Of a stretch of DNA of 64,000 nt, positions 1-9,209 are shown piece after piece. The notes under the pieces are model-generated. The model had not been told where the DNA came from. It saw only the letters and a list, made by a program, of their open reading frames with translations, and did not search any database. Numbering within the stretch: the first letter of the stretch is position 1; each line of letters begins with the position of its first letter. A program made the translations under genes and the position numbers. This DNA comes from an uncultured Gammaproteobacteria bacterium. Lineage in GTDB: Bacteria > Patescibacteriota > Microgenomatia > UBA10105 > UBA927. Location: positions 140,142-204,141 of the forward strand of contig CAYUZE010000001.1 in the NCBI GenBank assembly GCA_964449585.1, written 5' to 3'.

Positions 1-2
1 TT

Positions 3-95
3 AGCGAGCTTGAGGAAAAGTACGCCTACTTAGTAGAACGACTTGCCCTTAAGCGATCCATGCAAGCGCGGGCATACGCCTTCGCCACTGCGTAA
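3..95 (+). CDS. 3-prime end (30 codons) of a gene entering the window from the left (...SELEEKYAYLVERLALKRSMQARAYAFATA*)
   Basis: Open frame from window edge to TAA at 93-95; no recognisable family. Confidence 0.25.
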   Translation, partial: SELEEKYAYLVERLALKRSMQARAYAFATA

Positions 96-400
96 GATCC
101 ATCCTGACTACTCTTTTGTCTGGTGAGGGTATCAGGGTGTAAACAAAGCCAGGCCGCCAGGCTGTTCATGATCGGGAACAGCCGGAGTACAATTTCGATC
201 ACCCCTCTTGTATGGTATTTGTCCGTTTCTTCCGTACAAGAGAATCAAACGGACTACGCTTGTAGAAGTTTTTGATGTATTCCTTCGGACCCGGGCTCAT
301 TACCCGGCATCTCCACCCATTCGCGTCCGTCCCGCTTAGGCGGGACGAGATAGGGCAAGCAATCTTGCCTCCTTGTACAATGGTATAAGGAGGCTTTATT

Positions 401-1087
401 GTGGACTTTTTGTCGCTCTTTTTCCCCAGACGATGCATTCGTTGTCGACGGCTCGGTGCGTATGTGTGCCCTCGGTGTGCCAAAACACTCCCGTTTTTAT
501 CGTCCTCCGAAATGATTTGCCCATATTGCAATAAACCCGCCATAGACGGTGCGGTACACCCGCGGTGTCGAACGCGGCACGGGCTCGACGGACTGACGTG
601 TTTTTTCCGGTATCGGGGAGTGGTGCGGACATTGATTCACGAAATGAAATATCGGCTCGTTTCTGATACCGCACCGTCGTTCATCGCGATGGTTCCCGAT
701 ACGATGCTACAGCTGATTCGGATGAGGAAAGAGAGCTCGTCCACGGTTATTATCCCCATTCCTATGGCACACCGACGGCAGAGGCTTCGCGGCTTTAATC
801 AGGCGGAACTCATTGCAATGGCGCTGGGGAAGCGGTTGGCGCTCCCCCTCGACACAACGACCCTTTTCCGCACCAGAGAAACAGCGCCGCAGGCAACGGC
901 AGAAAAGCGCATTCTTAGGCTCCAAAATGTAAAAAATGCCTTTTCTGCAACAAAGGGGAAGAGTCTTGCCCGCGGCGTTATCCTTTGTGATGACGTCTAT
1001 ACGACCGGGGCCACCATGAAAAATGCTGCTAGCGCGTTAAAACGCGCTGGAATAGAATACGTGTGGGGAGTCGCGATGGCTCGATGA
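401..1087 (+). CDS. comF: ComF family protein (phosphoribosyltransferase-like, competence-associated)
   Basis: GTG start 7 nt after AAGGAGG (387-393); N-terminal CxxC...CxxC zinc-finger motif, C-terminal PRTase motif VILCDDVYTTGATM. Confidence 0.8.
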   Translation: MDFLSLFFPRRCIRCRRLGAYVCPRCAKTLPFLSSSEMICPYCNKPAIDGAVHPRCRTRHGLDGLTCFFRYRGVVRTLIHEMKYRLVSDTAPSFIAMVPDTMLQLIRMRKESSSTVIIPIPMAHRRQRLRGFNQAELIAMALGKRLALPLDTTTLFRTRETAPQATAEKRILRLQNVKNAFSATKGKSLARGVILCDDVYTTGATMKNAASALKRAGIEYVWGVAMAR

Positions 1088-1088
1088 T

Positions 1089-1760
1089 ATGAAAGCATAT
1101 ATACCGGTACAAGGAAAAACGGTGGTAATCGTAGCAGGCGGGGTGTATCACCCGCCCTTGTTATCGAAAATAGCATCAGCGGATTATGTGGTAGGTGTTG
1201 ATAGGGGGGCGCTATTGCTCCTCAAAAAAAAATTGCCGCTTCATCTTGCCATCGGTGATTTTGATTCCGTAACGGCAAAAGAAAAGCGACGGATTCACGC
1301 AGCAGCGCATACGTATATCGAATACCAGCCGGAAAAGGACATGTCCGACCTGGAGCTCGCCGTACTGTAAGTTTGTACGGGCGATCCGCAAAGCGTCACG
1401 CTCTTTGCCGTCCTTGGGAACCGATTCGACCATACCATGGAGGCAATTCATAGCTTGGCGTACTTATCGTCGCACAATATTGATGGAGAAATTGTGGATA
1501 ACTTTAATAAAATAAACATTGTGCGACGAGGTCGGGTAAAGTTTTCACGATCGGCACAATTTCGGTATCTGTCGATTATGCCGTTGACTCAACGGGCAAT
1601 TGTCACGCTGAAGGGCGTCAAATATCCGATCACAAAAGGTATCATGCACCGATATTCATCACGCGGCATTAGTAACGAACTTACCCACACGGTTGCGTCC
1701 GTTACCGTCCATCAAGGAACCGTGCTCGTTATACGAAGCTCGGACATGGCTAGGAGTTAG
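1089..1760 (+). pseudogene. Thiamine pyrophosphokinase interrupted by an in-frame TAA (1368-1370); both halves in the same frame
   Basis: N-terminal half has the TPK GDFDS motif; translation through the stop gives ...LELAVL*VCTGDPQSVTLFAVLGNRFDHT..., matching the TPK GGRxDH region; ORFs 1089..1370 and 1437..1760 share one frame. Confidence 0.6.
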
Positions 1761-1774
1761 GCGGTTATTCTTGG

Positions 1775-1780
1775 TATAAT
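1775..1780 (+). promoter_or_regulatory. -10 hexamer TATAAT (context TTGGTATAAT) about 10 nt upstream of tRNA-Ser(GCT)
   Basis: Consensus -10 with upstream TG, positioned for transcription starting near 1788-1790. Confidence 0.4.
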
Positions 1781-1789
1781 GATGCCCAC

Positions 1790-1875
1790 GGAGAGTGGCC
1801 CGGACGGTAAGGGAACGGTTTGCTAAACCGTGACGAGCGTAAGTTCGTCAATGGGTTCGACTCCCATACTCTCCG
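1790..1875 (+). tRNA. tRNA-Ser (anticodon GCU), type II with long variable arm
   Basis: Manual cloverleaf: acceptor GGAGAGT/ACTCTCC, anticodon stem ACGGT/ACCGT with loop TTGCTAA, T-loop GGTTCGACTCC, discriminator G. Confidence 0.8.
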
Positions 1876-1895
1876 CAAAGTGGTACACTGGATTA

Positions 1896-2372
1896 GTGAG
1901 CGAGCAGTACAAACGCCATCCGAATACCAAGTGTACGGTCTGTCGTAAAGAGATATATAAACGCCCTTCAGTTATACAAGTAAATTCGGGAAGGGTTTTT
2001 TGTAGTATAACCTGTTATGGCATTGCTAATCGCAAAGAAGTGTCTTGCATCGTGTGCGGCAAACGCATGCTGTCTGGTTTAAACAAAAAAACTTGTAGTC
2101 GGGCATGTGCGAATCAAAATAGGATAGGAACAAAATACCATCAAAATAGACCAAGAGATAAAGTGATTACCATTCGACGTATTAAAATACGCTTATTCGA
2201 AGCGAGAGGTGAGGAATGTGAACGATGTGGATACAAGCGAGCGGCCATTTTACAAGTGCATCATAAAGATAGAAATCATAGTAATAATGAATTGAATAAC
2301 TTAGAAATACTTTGTCCGAACTGTCATTACGAAGAACATTTACATGAAGATAGTCAGGTAAAAGCAGAGTAA
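1896..2372 (+). CDS. HNH endonuclease with N-terminal Cys-rich zinc-ribbon repeats
   Basis: C-terminal HNH motif HHKDRNHSNNELNNLEILCPNCH; four CxxC pairs upstream; the track ORF starts at 1830 inside the tRNA, so the start is probably the GTG at 1896 or nearby. Confidence 0.7.
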   Translation: MSEQYKRHPNTKCTVCRKEIYKRPSVIQVNSGRVFCSITCYGIANRKEVSCIVCGKRMLSGLNKKTCSRACANQNRIGTKYHQNRPRDKVITIRRIKIRLFEARGEECERCGYKRAAILQVHHKDRNHSNNELNNLEILCPNCHYEEHLHEDSQVKAE

Positions 2373-2379
2373 TGTTTGT

Positions 2380-2462
2380 GGAGGGGTGCTCCGAATGGTA
2401 AGGAACCAGTCTTGAAAACTGGCGCCCGTAAGGGCTTGCAGGTTCGAGTCCTGTCCCCTCCG
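2380..2462 (+). tRNA. tRNA-Ser (anticodon UGA), type II
   Basis: Acceptor GGAGGGG/CCCCTCC, 3-bp D stem TCC/GGA, anticodon stem CCAGT/ACTGG with loop CTTGAAA, long variable arm, T-loop GGTTCGAGTCC, discriminator G. Confidence 0.8.
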
Positions 2463-2467
2463 CACTT

Positions 2468-2550
2468 GGAGAGGTCGCATAGTGGCTATTGCAGCGGTTT
2501 ACTAAACCGCCGACCGCAAGGTCTCGTGGGTTCGAGTCCCGCCCTCTCCG
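2468..2550 (+). tRNA. tRNA-Ser-like, type II, with an unusual anticodon ACU (A at position 34)
   Basis: Perfect cloverleaf: acceptor GGAGAGG/CCTCTCC, D stem GCA/TGC, anticodon stem GCGGT/ACCGC with loop TTACTAA, variable arm GACC-GCAA-GGTC, T arm GTGGG-TTCGAGT-CCCGC, discriminator G. Confidence 0.6.
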
Positions 2551-2724
2551 CAGTAGTCTCAAGGTTCTACCCGACCCGTTCACTACCCCTGAATGGGTTG
2601 ATCTGGATTGCTAAACTATCCTCAACTCAACATTTTTTGTTTTAAGAGCCCAGAGAAGGTTGATGGGCCTCATTACAGGACGCAGCTTTTGACAGATATT
2701 ATTTTGAAATGAAAATACTTTGAG

Positions 2725-4050
2725 TTATTTTATACGAAGCTGTCGGTTGTGGAGGATAAATTTTGTTTTGATAACCGAGAGGATTTCCTGACGTTCTTCT
2801 GTTGATCCATGTTGGAGCGTGTGGAGCAAATACCGCTTTACCATATCGTGACTTATGTGCTTGAAGGTTGCGTAGTCTATTTTTTGCAAGTTTCCCTCTA
2901 AATATTGTTGCTTTAGTACGTCTGAACGAAGTTCATGGAATTGGTCTATTTTGTGTTTGAGCTTATGGGCAAGTTCCAGTTCGTTAATCTTTATATCGTC
3001 GAGGTATGCGATTAATTGCTGAATGAGGTCTGCTTCGGTGATGTACGGCTCATCACAGTCATAATCGATAGATCGGGTGCAGTGGTAATAGACGTGTTTA
3101 TTATATCCGCCATATTTAAGCTTCTTGTACCGCTCTTCTCCGGTTACTGACGCACCGCAACTTCCGCACTTACAAAGGGTTTTGAATGGAAATGTTTTTT
3201 GATGCCACGTTTTTGGAGGAATCGTGAGTTGCAGTTGCACCTTTTCCCAAAGCGCTTTGGTAATAAGTGGTGGATGTTGTCCTTTGTAGATAATTCCGTG
3301 ATATTCAAAGTCACCATAATAGAAACGACTGTTGAGCGCGGTATAGATTTTGCTTAAGGGAATCGATTTATCGTTCTTGGTCCGGAAGCCAATCGTATCC
3401 AGCCATTTTTTGATTGTCCGTCCGCTTTGGCCTTGCTCGCCAACACGGATAAACATTTGTTTGATGAATGGTGCACGTTCTTCATCAATAATAATTTTGC
3501 TGATCCGGTTGTTTGTAAGGATGTTTTTATATCCGATCGGAGCGACACCCGGCCGCCATCCCATTTCACACTTTGCCTTGAGTCCGCGTTTTACGTTAAT
3601 GCCTCTGTTGTCGTTTTCTAGTTTCGCCTGTGAACAGAGAATCATGAGAAGAAACTTTTCGTTGGGATTATTACCGAACACCTGTGAATATGTTCGGATT
3701 GTCTGGAGTTTTCCCTGATCCATAAGATCGACGAGTCGCCCCAGATCACCTGCATTTCGCGATAGTCGGTCCGGTGCCCAGGTGAGAATGCCGGAAAATA
3801 ACCCTTGTTCAATATCCGTAAGCATCTGATTAAATACTGGTCGGGCGAGGGAAGCTTTGGCTGAATGGCTTTCCTGCCGAATCTCCGCGATGGTAATCTG
3901 TTCGCGGGCAGCCAGATCCGTCATTTCCTTAATCTGCGAATCAATGGACATTGCTTGCCGTTCGTCCGATTCGCTCGATTTCCGCGCATACAAACAGTAT
4001 TCAATAGTAGGGGTTTGTGCTGCTATAGGACTGTTAGTTGTATTGGTCAT
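2725..4050 (-). CDS. Large serine recombinase (resolvase-domain site-specific integrase)
   Basis: N-terminal resolvase catalytic motif YARKSSESD, recombinase domain, C-terminal zinc ribbon CKCGSCG...YYHC; sits about 175 nt from the tRNA cluster. Confidence 0.85.
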   Translation of the reverse strand: MTNTTNSPIAAQTPTIEYCLYARKSSESDERQAMSIDSQIKEMTDLAAREQITIAEIRQESHSAKASLARPVFNQMLTDIEQGLFSGILTWAPDRLSRNAGDLGRLVDLMDQGKLQTIRTYSQVFGNNPNEKFLLMILCSQAKLENDNRGINVKRGLKAKCEMGWRPGVAPIGYKNILTNNRISKIIIDEERAPFIKQMFIRVGEQGQSGRTIKKWLDTIGFRTKNDKSIPLSKIYTALNSRFYYGDFEYHGIIYKGQHPPLITKALWEKVQLQLTIPPKTWHQKTFPFKTLCKCGSCGASVTGEERYKKLKYGGYNKHVYYHCTRSIDYDCDEPYITEADLIQQLIAYLDDIKINELELAHKLKHKIDQFHELRSDVLKQQYLEGNLQKIDYATFKHISHDMVKRYLLHTLQHGSTEERQEILSVIKTKFILHNRQLRIK

Positions 4051-4117
4051 ATCAAGGAGGAACAGTACCGCGAAGGGGTGGTGAAGTCTAGCGGATGAAT
4101 CTTATAAGGACAGGAGG

Positions 4118-4909
4118 TTATATATCTAGTGATAGCATTACCGGATTGTGGTCGCTGTATTTTCTAATTTCGGGGCTATCAATCACGTCGCATTTAACAA
4201 AGTGCTTCGAGAGAGATTTGCTTATGAAGAAATAGTCATTTTGCCACGGTATGTTGCTTTTAGGATATCGAAGCGTTTGGACAAAGTTTTTGTTTCCAGT
4301 GAGTTCGTAACAGTTTTCAAGTCCAAGATCTTTAAGTCGTTCAAAGAATATTCGGTGTGATTGGCCTCCAAACTGCTGGTCAAATTGCAAACTTGCATTA
4401 AGATCTCCGGCGAGAATGATATTTCTTTTGCCGCTCATGTGGCCCTTTAATATTCCGGTAAGATCGGAAATAATTCGGTGAAGGTTTGGAATGGAATAAC
4501 CGATATATCCAATTTTATCCATCCTGCCATATAGGGAGATAAACGTAAAAAGGGTGTTGTTAATATTTGTGTTTGCTATGACACAAAGCTCTTTGTGTCC
4601 ATTCCTATTCCATTCGGGGATTGAAGCCTCTGGTTCTTCTGTAAGCGAATAGGCTCCCGAATATATCCCCGCGCCCCACGATTTTCTCCCATTAGATACT
4701 CCTGCGGGATGCCATATGAAATTCTGATTATTTTTTATAAACGTCGGTTTATGTGCCTCTTGAAAGAGGAGGACATCAGCTCCTAACTGAGTGAAATATC
4801 TCCATGACGAGTCGAGAAGCTTTTTGTGGCTCCAATACGCCATATTCCATGTCATAACTTTCATTTCCATATCAAGGCCAATGATATGAGAAACGTGGCA
4901 TGAAAGCAA
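4118..4909 (-). CDS. Endonuclease/exonuclease/phosphatase (EEP, DNase I-like) family protein
   Basis: MKVMTWNM...ADVLLFQE N-terminal motif and C-terminal SDHNPV motif; true start may be the internal Met at 4870. Confidence 0.6.
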   Translation of the reverse strand: MLSCHVSHIIGLDMEMKVMTWNMAYWSHKKLLDSSWRYFTQLGADVLLFQEAHKPTFIKNNQNFIWHPAGVSNGRKSWGAGIYSGAYSLTEEPEASIPEWNRNGHKELCVIANTNINNTLFTFISLYGRMDKIGYIGYSIPNLHRIISDLTGILKGHMSGKRNIILAGDLNASLQFDQQFGGQSHRIFFERLKDLGLENCYELTGNKNFVQTLRYPKSNIPWQNDYFFISKSLSKHFVKCDVIDSPEIRKYSDHNPVMLSLDI

Positions 4910-4979
4910 ATGAGATTTGAGGCTAATTGCTCGCTTTAAGCTAGTGGAATTGATCGCTCGCAGCTATCACGATTAGCTT

Positions 4980-5195
4980 ATGTTTTTGAGTGTAAATCAG
5001 ACAAAGGAGCGACTGGGTAAGCGCATTCAGAAAGCGCGTAAAAGCATGGGATTCACCCAAGAAGAACTAGCGGAGAAGATTCGTATAAGCAGGACTCATA
5101 TGGGTCACATTGAGCAAGGAAGAAAATCTCCGTCAATTAAGGTGATGACAAGAATTTCGAAAGTGCTTAGGGTTAAGCTATCGGACTTGTTTTAG
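4980..5195 (+). CDS. XRE-family helix-turn-helix transcriptional regulator
   Basis: GFTQEELAEKIRISRTHMGHIEQGRKSPS is a typical HTH_XRE pattern; 71 aa. Confidence 0.7.
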   Translation: MFLSVNQTKERLGKRIQKARKSMGFTQEELAEKIRISRTHMGHIEQGRKSPSIKVMTRISKVLRVKLSDLF

Positions 5196-5196
5196 T

Positions 5197-6642
5197 TTAT
5201 GCAATAAAGAATTGAAAAGGCGGTTTATTATCCAATTCCTGTATTTTGAGCACTAAAAGCGAAAACGCATCCGCTAGGTCATCATGTTTTTCGATGCCAA
5301 ACCCCGTTAATTGCTGTATAAGTTCTTCAGCTCCTTTTTTAGGAAAGAGTATATTTCCCTGTTTAATAAGGTGGGTAATGAGGGCTAGCCGTGCTCGTTT
5401 ATCCTGACCCGACACTTTTACGCCCTCGGCAGGGATGTTATTTGCTTGAAGATGTTGTATGAGCGATCCCTGGTATCCAACTTCTTCGATATATAGCATG
5501 GTGAATTTTCCATTTCCTAGGTTTTTTGAGAGATTTTTTGCCTGTTCAAAAGTTTGAGGAAAATCAAGTCGGTTGTTTATAGGAAAAGGAAGTATATATA
5601 CTCGTAAATCACTTTTGTACCCGAATACTTTAGCGGATACCATTGCTGTACAGTCTGCTGAATCTTTTTGTGAGATGGCAAGATCAACTCCGGTGGCAAT
5701 AAATCGAAATCCGTTCGTTGTTTCAGGTGGCAATTGGTCATAATAGTGTATCCATTCCGGGTGCACCAATCTGTCAGCGTCCGATATGATTCGTAGGAGA
5801 TACTCTCGATACCATGCGGATTCCGATCCAATGCTCAGGTGTAGTTTTTCAATTTCGGCGAGCGTCGGGAATTTATCCTGCCACGCGATTTCGTTTTCTT
5901 TACTTAATAGCGGATACGCGTAGAATTGTCCATGCAACTTTTCTTCATCAATTGAGTGTTTTAGTCTCATGAGTAAACTATCCTCATGGAGGAGGTTTCC
6001 TACGATAATTATTTTGGTATATTGATCACCAATCGGAAGAACGTCTCCTGTTAACCACTGAAACGTCTTGTCTCGTCCTTCGCGCGTTTTTACGCTCGTT
6101 AAATCCTCAACGTCATCGCAAATGACCAAATCGGGTCTATGTTCTCCATGTCGCGCTCCACGTATGCTTTGCTCTGATGAGGCAATAGTGATTCTTGCTC
6201 CGTAATTTGAGAGTACAATAGTGCTTGATCCCCATTCATCACTAAATTCTTCGAACGGACCGATGTCTGATTTGAGCAGATCGTTGGTTTCCAGCTCACG
6301 TTTAATATTTGCCATGTGTAATTTAGCTTGTGATTGTGTCTGACACAGGATCAGGACAAACTTTTTTTGCTGGATGCCCACAATTGACCAGATGACGTAC
6401 GACAAAGTCATAAGTGTAGATTTGCCGGAACCTCTAAAAGCAACCAGAACAAAAAGTTTGTTAGTAATATCTTCGGTAATACGAAACATTTCGTGATGGA
6501 AAGGAGCAAACGGGTATGTGATGTAGTGGTGAAGATATATTGTGAAGAACCAATAATGACTGTTGCGTGCGAGTGCCCGGCGTACCGACCTCTTTTGCTT
6601 GATTTCTTCTAATTCGTTGGGCGTTAAATGCGTGGTGGTCAT
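5197..6642 (-). CDS. terL: Phage terminase large subunit
   Basis: Walker A FRGSGKST, ATPase motif VICDDVED, C-terminal RNase H-like nuclease region (IATGVDLAIS...); overlaps the upstream small-subunit gene by 4 nt. Confidence 0.8.
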   Translation of the reverse strand: MTTTHLTPNELEEIKQKRSVRRALARNSHYWFFTIYLHHYITYPFAPFHHEMFRITEDITNKLFVLVAFRGSGKSTLMTLSYVIWSIVGIQQKKFVLILCQTQSQAKLHMANIKRELETNDLLKSDIGPFEEFSDEWGSSTIVLSNYGARITIASSEQSIRGARHGEHRPDLVICDDVEDLTSVKTREGRDKTFQWLTGDVLPIGDQYTKIIIVGNLLHEDSLLMRLKHSIDEEKLHGQFYAYPLLSKENEIAWQDKFPTLAEIEKLHLSIGSESAWYREYLLRIISDADRLVHPEWIHYYDQLPPETTNGFRFIATGVDLAISQKDSADCTAMVSAKVFGYKSDLRVYILPFPINNRLDFPQTFEQAKNLSKNLGNGKFTMLYIEEVGYQGSLIQHLQANNIPAEGVKVSGQDKRARLALITHLIKQGNILFPKKGAEELIQQLTGFGIEKHDDLADAFSLLVLKIQELDNKPPFQFFIA

Positions 6643-7055
6643 TTTTCCTCCGTGTGTTCCGCTGGCGCTAAGGCAGCCAGTTTTAATGCTTTCGACACCA
6701 ACTCCTCTTGTTCCGGTGTTAATACTTCGTTGTCTGCTTTTAACCGCGCCGTTACTTCAACTTTGGTTGCATAGAGTGGATGGTGATGTTTGAGCCAGAA
6801 GATGATGGCTGTGAGATTTTTGTCCCGTATCGCACTCATAAGTTGGGATTCAGCCATATCGTTTACCAGCGACGCCCCTTCGATAAGCGCATCATTGGCC
6901 TGTTTAGCAAACATTTCGTCCTGATTGGTCCATCGGTAATAGGTGGCTCGCGCAATGCCGACTTTTTCGCATGCAATTTGAATAATAGGCGTACGTTTAA
7001 GTTGCTCAAGTAACAACGACTTATTTTTCTGTTGTCGTTTTTGGATTGTTTTCAT
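6639..7055 (-). CDS. Terminase small subunit-like HTH protein
   Basis: N-terminal HTH (IACEKVGIARATYYRWTNQD); 138 aa; translationally coupled immediately upstream of terL. Confidence 0.5.
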   Translation of the reverse strand: MKTIQKRQQKNKSLLLEQLKRTPIIQIACEKVGIARATYYRWTNQDEMFAKQANDALIEGASLVNDMAESQLMSAIRDKNLTAIIFWLKHHHPLYATKVEVTARLKADNEVLTPEQEELVSKALKLAALAPAEHTEEK

Positions 7056-8389
7056 AGGATTCGTTTAGCCTTTTGACCAGTAAGTTTTTCCCACCGGTTA
7101 CGGATGACTTCCGCGTAGACTGGTGATTTTTCCATAAGAAAGCAGCGCCGTTTCAGCTTTGTAGCAGCTATAAGGGTGCTGCCTGATCCTCCAAAAGGCT
7201 CCACGATTAGGTCTCCGCGCTTCGTGAGCACCTTGATGTACGGGATAAGGATTTCGAGAGGCTTGGTGCCAAAAATAATACCTTGCCCGGAACTTTTTTC
7301 ATCCGCGGCTACATGTTCTATGAAATCGGTAGGCTGATACTTCTTGCCTTTCTCATACCCTTCCCAATGAGGTTTTCCGGATATAGCATAGAGAGCCGTT
7401 TCGTATTCATTCTGTAAACCATCTTCTTCGGTCTCGTTATTGAATTCAACGTCGGTATTTTTGCTCGCTCCCACCATGGCAATATCATGTTTGCTAAAGA
7501 ATTTATATTTAGCTGAAAATCCTTGTACACGGTTTGGCAAATGCCACACAAGCATATTCTTTATCTTCCAATGTGCTTCCATAGCTGACCAAATAGTGCG
7601 GATATTTTTCCAGTTTTCATAGACGATGATAGAAAAATGTTCTTTTTGTACTTTGGCTATATTATTCATCCAGAGTTCCGTGAAGTTGTCCGGTAGCACA
7701 TCGGTTTCAAGATATCTGCGATCACGCTTGGCCCCAAAACCAGTAACAGCATTTCCATGTTTCTTTTTACCCTTGAGATAGTCGAGGATGTATGGCGGAT
7801 CGGTAAAACACATATCTGCCTTTTCTTCATCCATAAGCTTTAATACATCTGCTTCAACCGTGGAATCGCCACACATCATGCGGTTATCGCCTAGTGCATA
7901 AACGTCTTGTTTTTGTATCGATATTTTGTCGATTTTGAGCTTGTGCAGTTCTTTTTGAAGATCAAATTCCTCCGGTGTTTCGTCGATGCCAAATATGTCA
8001 TCCATTTCTTCGCTGGTAAATCCGATGTCGGTAAGCAGTGATTGGTCGAATTTCGCGAGTTTACTCCAGTCCCAATAACCGGTGTTTCTATTTAACCGGA
8101 TATTTAATTCCTTCTCTCGTTCAACATCTGGAATCGTGAGATATACGACAGGGATGGTTTTGTACCCCAAGTCTTTCGCAACTTTAAGGCGCATGTGGCC
8201 ACCTATGACAATATTCTGTCTATTAGGTGCGTTGTTAACGATAATGGGATCAACAAGGCCATACCTCTTTACACTCTCCGTAAGTTGTTTGAGGGCATCC
8301 GGGGTCCATTTCCGTGGGTTATAGATAGCTGCATTTAGGCCAGTTATTTGGATATATAGAACCTGTAACTTAGAGTCGATCGTTTGCAT
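7052..8389 (-). CDS. ParB-like nuclease domain fused to a DNA methyltransferase (N6A/N4C, beta class)
   Basis: ParB N-terminal motif VDPIIVN...GGHMRLKVAKDLGY; methylase motif IV CFTDPPY and motif I EPFGGSGST; the track ORF extends to 8503, and the start is chosen at Met 8389 to avoid overlap. Confidence 0.8.
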   Translation of the reverse strand: MQTIDSKLQVLYIQITGLNAAIYNPRKWTPDALKQLTESVKRYGLVDPIIVNNAPNRQNIVIGGHMRLKVAKDLGYKTIPVVYLTIPDVEREKELNIRLNRNTGYWDWSKLAKFDQSLLTDIGFTSEEMDDIFGIDETPEEFDLQKELHKLKIDKISIQKQDVYALGDNRMMCGDSTVEADVLKLMDEEKADMCFTDPPYILDYLKGKKKHGNAVTGFGAKRDRRYLETDVLPDNFTELWMNNIAKVQKEHFSIIVYENWKNIRTIWSAMEAHWKIKNMLVWHLPNRVQGFSAKYKFFSKHDIAMVGASKNTDVEFNNETEEDGLQNEYETALYAISGKPHWEGYEKGKKYQPTDFIEHVAADEKSSGQGIIFGTKPLEILIPYIKVLTKRGDLIVEPFGGSGSTLIAATKLKRRCFLMEKSPVYAEVIRNRWEKLTGQKAKRIL

Positions 8390-8453
8390 GTTAAGAACAT
8401 TGTAGGGAGAAGCGTTGATGCAAACGATAGAGGTCTTACAAGGTGTTAATAAC

Positions 8454-9149
8454 CTATTTTTGAGGATTAAAACGTTTCTCCATTTTATTTTTGAACGTGG
8501 CAATGTCCGCTGCTGTGCAATTCTTTATTTCTGGAAGTCGTTTGGCTATTTCACGTTGTGGTATGTTTTGATCTTCAAGATCACGAATCTTAATATATGT
8601 GCTCACGTTCGTAAATACACGTCTACGTATGGGAACTTTTGTGGTCATTTTTGATTGGTATTGTTTCACAGTTTCCCAAATATCCTCAATATCCTTGATA
8701 GCAGTGTCTTTGTTTATTTGTATTGATAATTTGGTCACAACTTGTTGATGAATAGGTAATTTGGGATCGTCTATTTGAACATCAATATCTATTCCACCAT
8801 AAGGAGTATTTAGCTTGCTCCTTTCGTCCATTAGGTAAAAAAGGAGATCGATATACCATCGCTCATCGAGATTGAATTCACTAGCGAATTTCTCTAATTG
8901 TTCTATGACGAATTTATTAGGAGGTAGTAAGTCGCGGCTTGATTCAAAAGCGAAGCGATTTCTAGTATCTAAGGTTTCGTTTTTAAATAAAGCGTGATAC
9001 CACTGGAGTGCTAATCTTTGTAAAAATCCGCTTTTGGGTATACCCAGCGCAACTCGGTATTTTTCTGTTGCTTTTTGAAACCGCTTCATGCGGACGAGGA
9101 TAGATGCAAGATCAGACCAATATTGTTCGAGATCATTGCTAGTTTTCAT
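8454..9149 (-). CDS. Hypothetical protein (231 aa)
   Basis: Long ORF only; no recognisable motif. Confidence 0.4.
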   Translation of the reverse strand: MKTSNDLEQYWSDLASILVRMKRFQKATEKYRVALGIPKSGFLQRLALQWYHALFKNETLDTRNRFAFESSRDLLPPNKFVIEQLEKFASEFNLDERWYIDLLFYLMDERSKLNTPYGGIDIDVQIDDPKLPIHQQVVTKLSIQINKDTAIKDIEDIWETVKQYQSKMTTKVPIRRRVFTNVSTYIKIRDLEDQNIPQREIAKRLPEIKNCTAADIATFKNKMEKRFNPQK

Positions 9150-9196
9150 AGCTTGATTATAGCGTAAGGATAATATATTTATGCAGGATTTAGCGG

Positions 9197-9202
9197 TATA
9201 AT
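9197..9202 (+). promoter_or_regulatory. -10 TATAAT about 7 nt upstream of the res ATG at 9210 (possibly a leaderless transcript)
   Basis: TAGCGGTATAATGCAGTGTATGG; the first ATG of the track ORF (9201) lies inside the hexamer. Confidence 0.35.
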
Positions 9203-9209
9203 GCAGTGT

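Noticed and set aside
96-390. RNase P RNA or SRP RNA assignment for the structured region upstream of comF
   Set aside because: Only short partial matches to the P4 and domain IV motifs were found. The two P4-like halves are adjacent rather than about 250 nt apart, and there is no full consensus. It is kept only as an unclassified structured region.
199-674. Minus-strand track ORFs 199..543 and 396..674
   Set aside because: They are antisense to and overlapping comF and the structured region, with no motif. They are likely spurious.
2182-2645. Track ORFs 2182..2583 (-) and 2376..2645 (+) containing strings such as GRDSNPRDL and GSSP
   Set aside because: They are translations across the two tRNA-Ser genes on either strand. 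This is the classic tRNA artefact and not coding sequence.
3350-4098. Several 60-120 aa + strand ORFs inside the serine recombinase gene
   Set aside because: They are antisense or alternative-frame ORFs wholly inside a well-supported 441-aa recombinase CDS.
9201-9209. First ATG (9201) of the res ORF as the translation start
   Set aside because: It lies inside a consensus TATAAT -10 hexamer (9197-9202). The second ATG at 9210 is more plausible, giving a leaderless or short-leader start.
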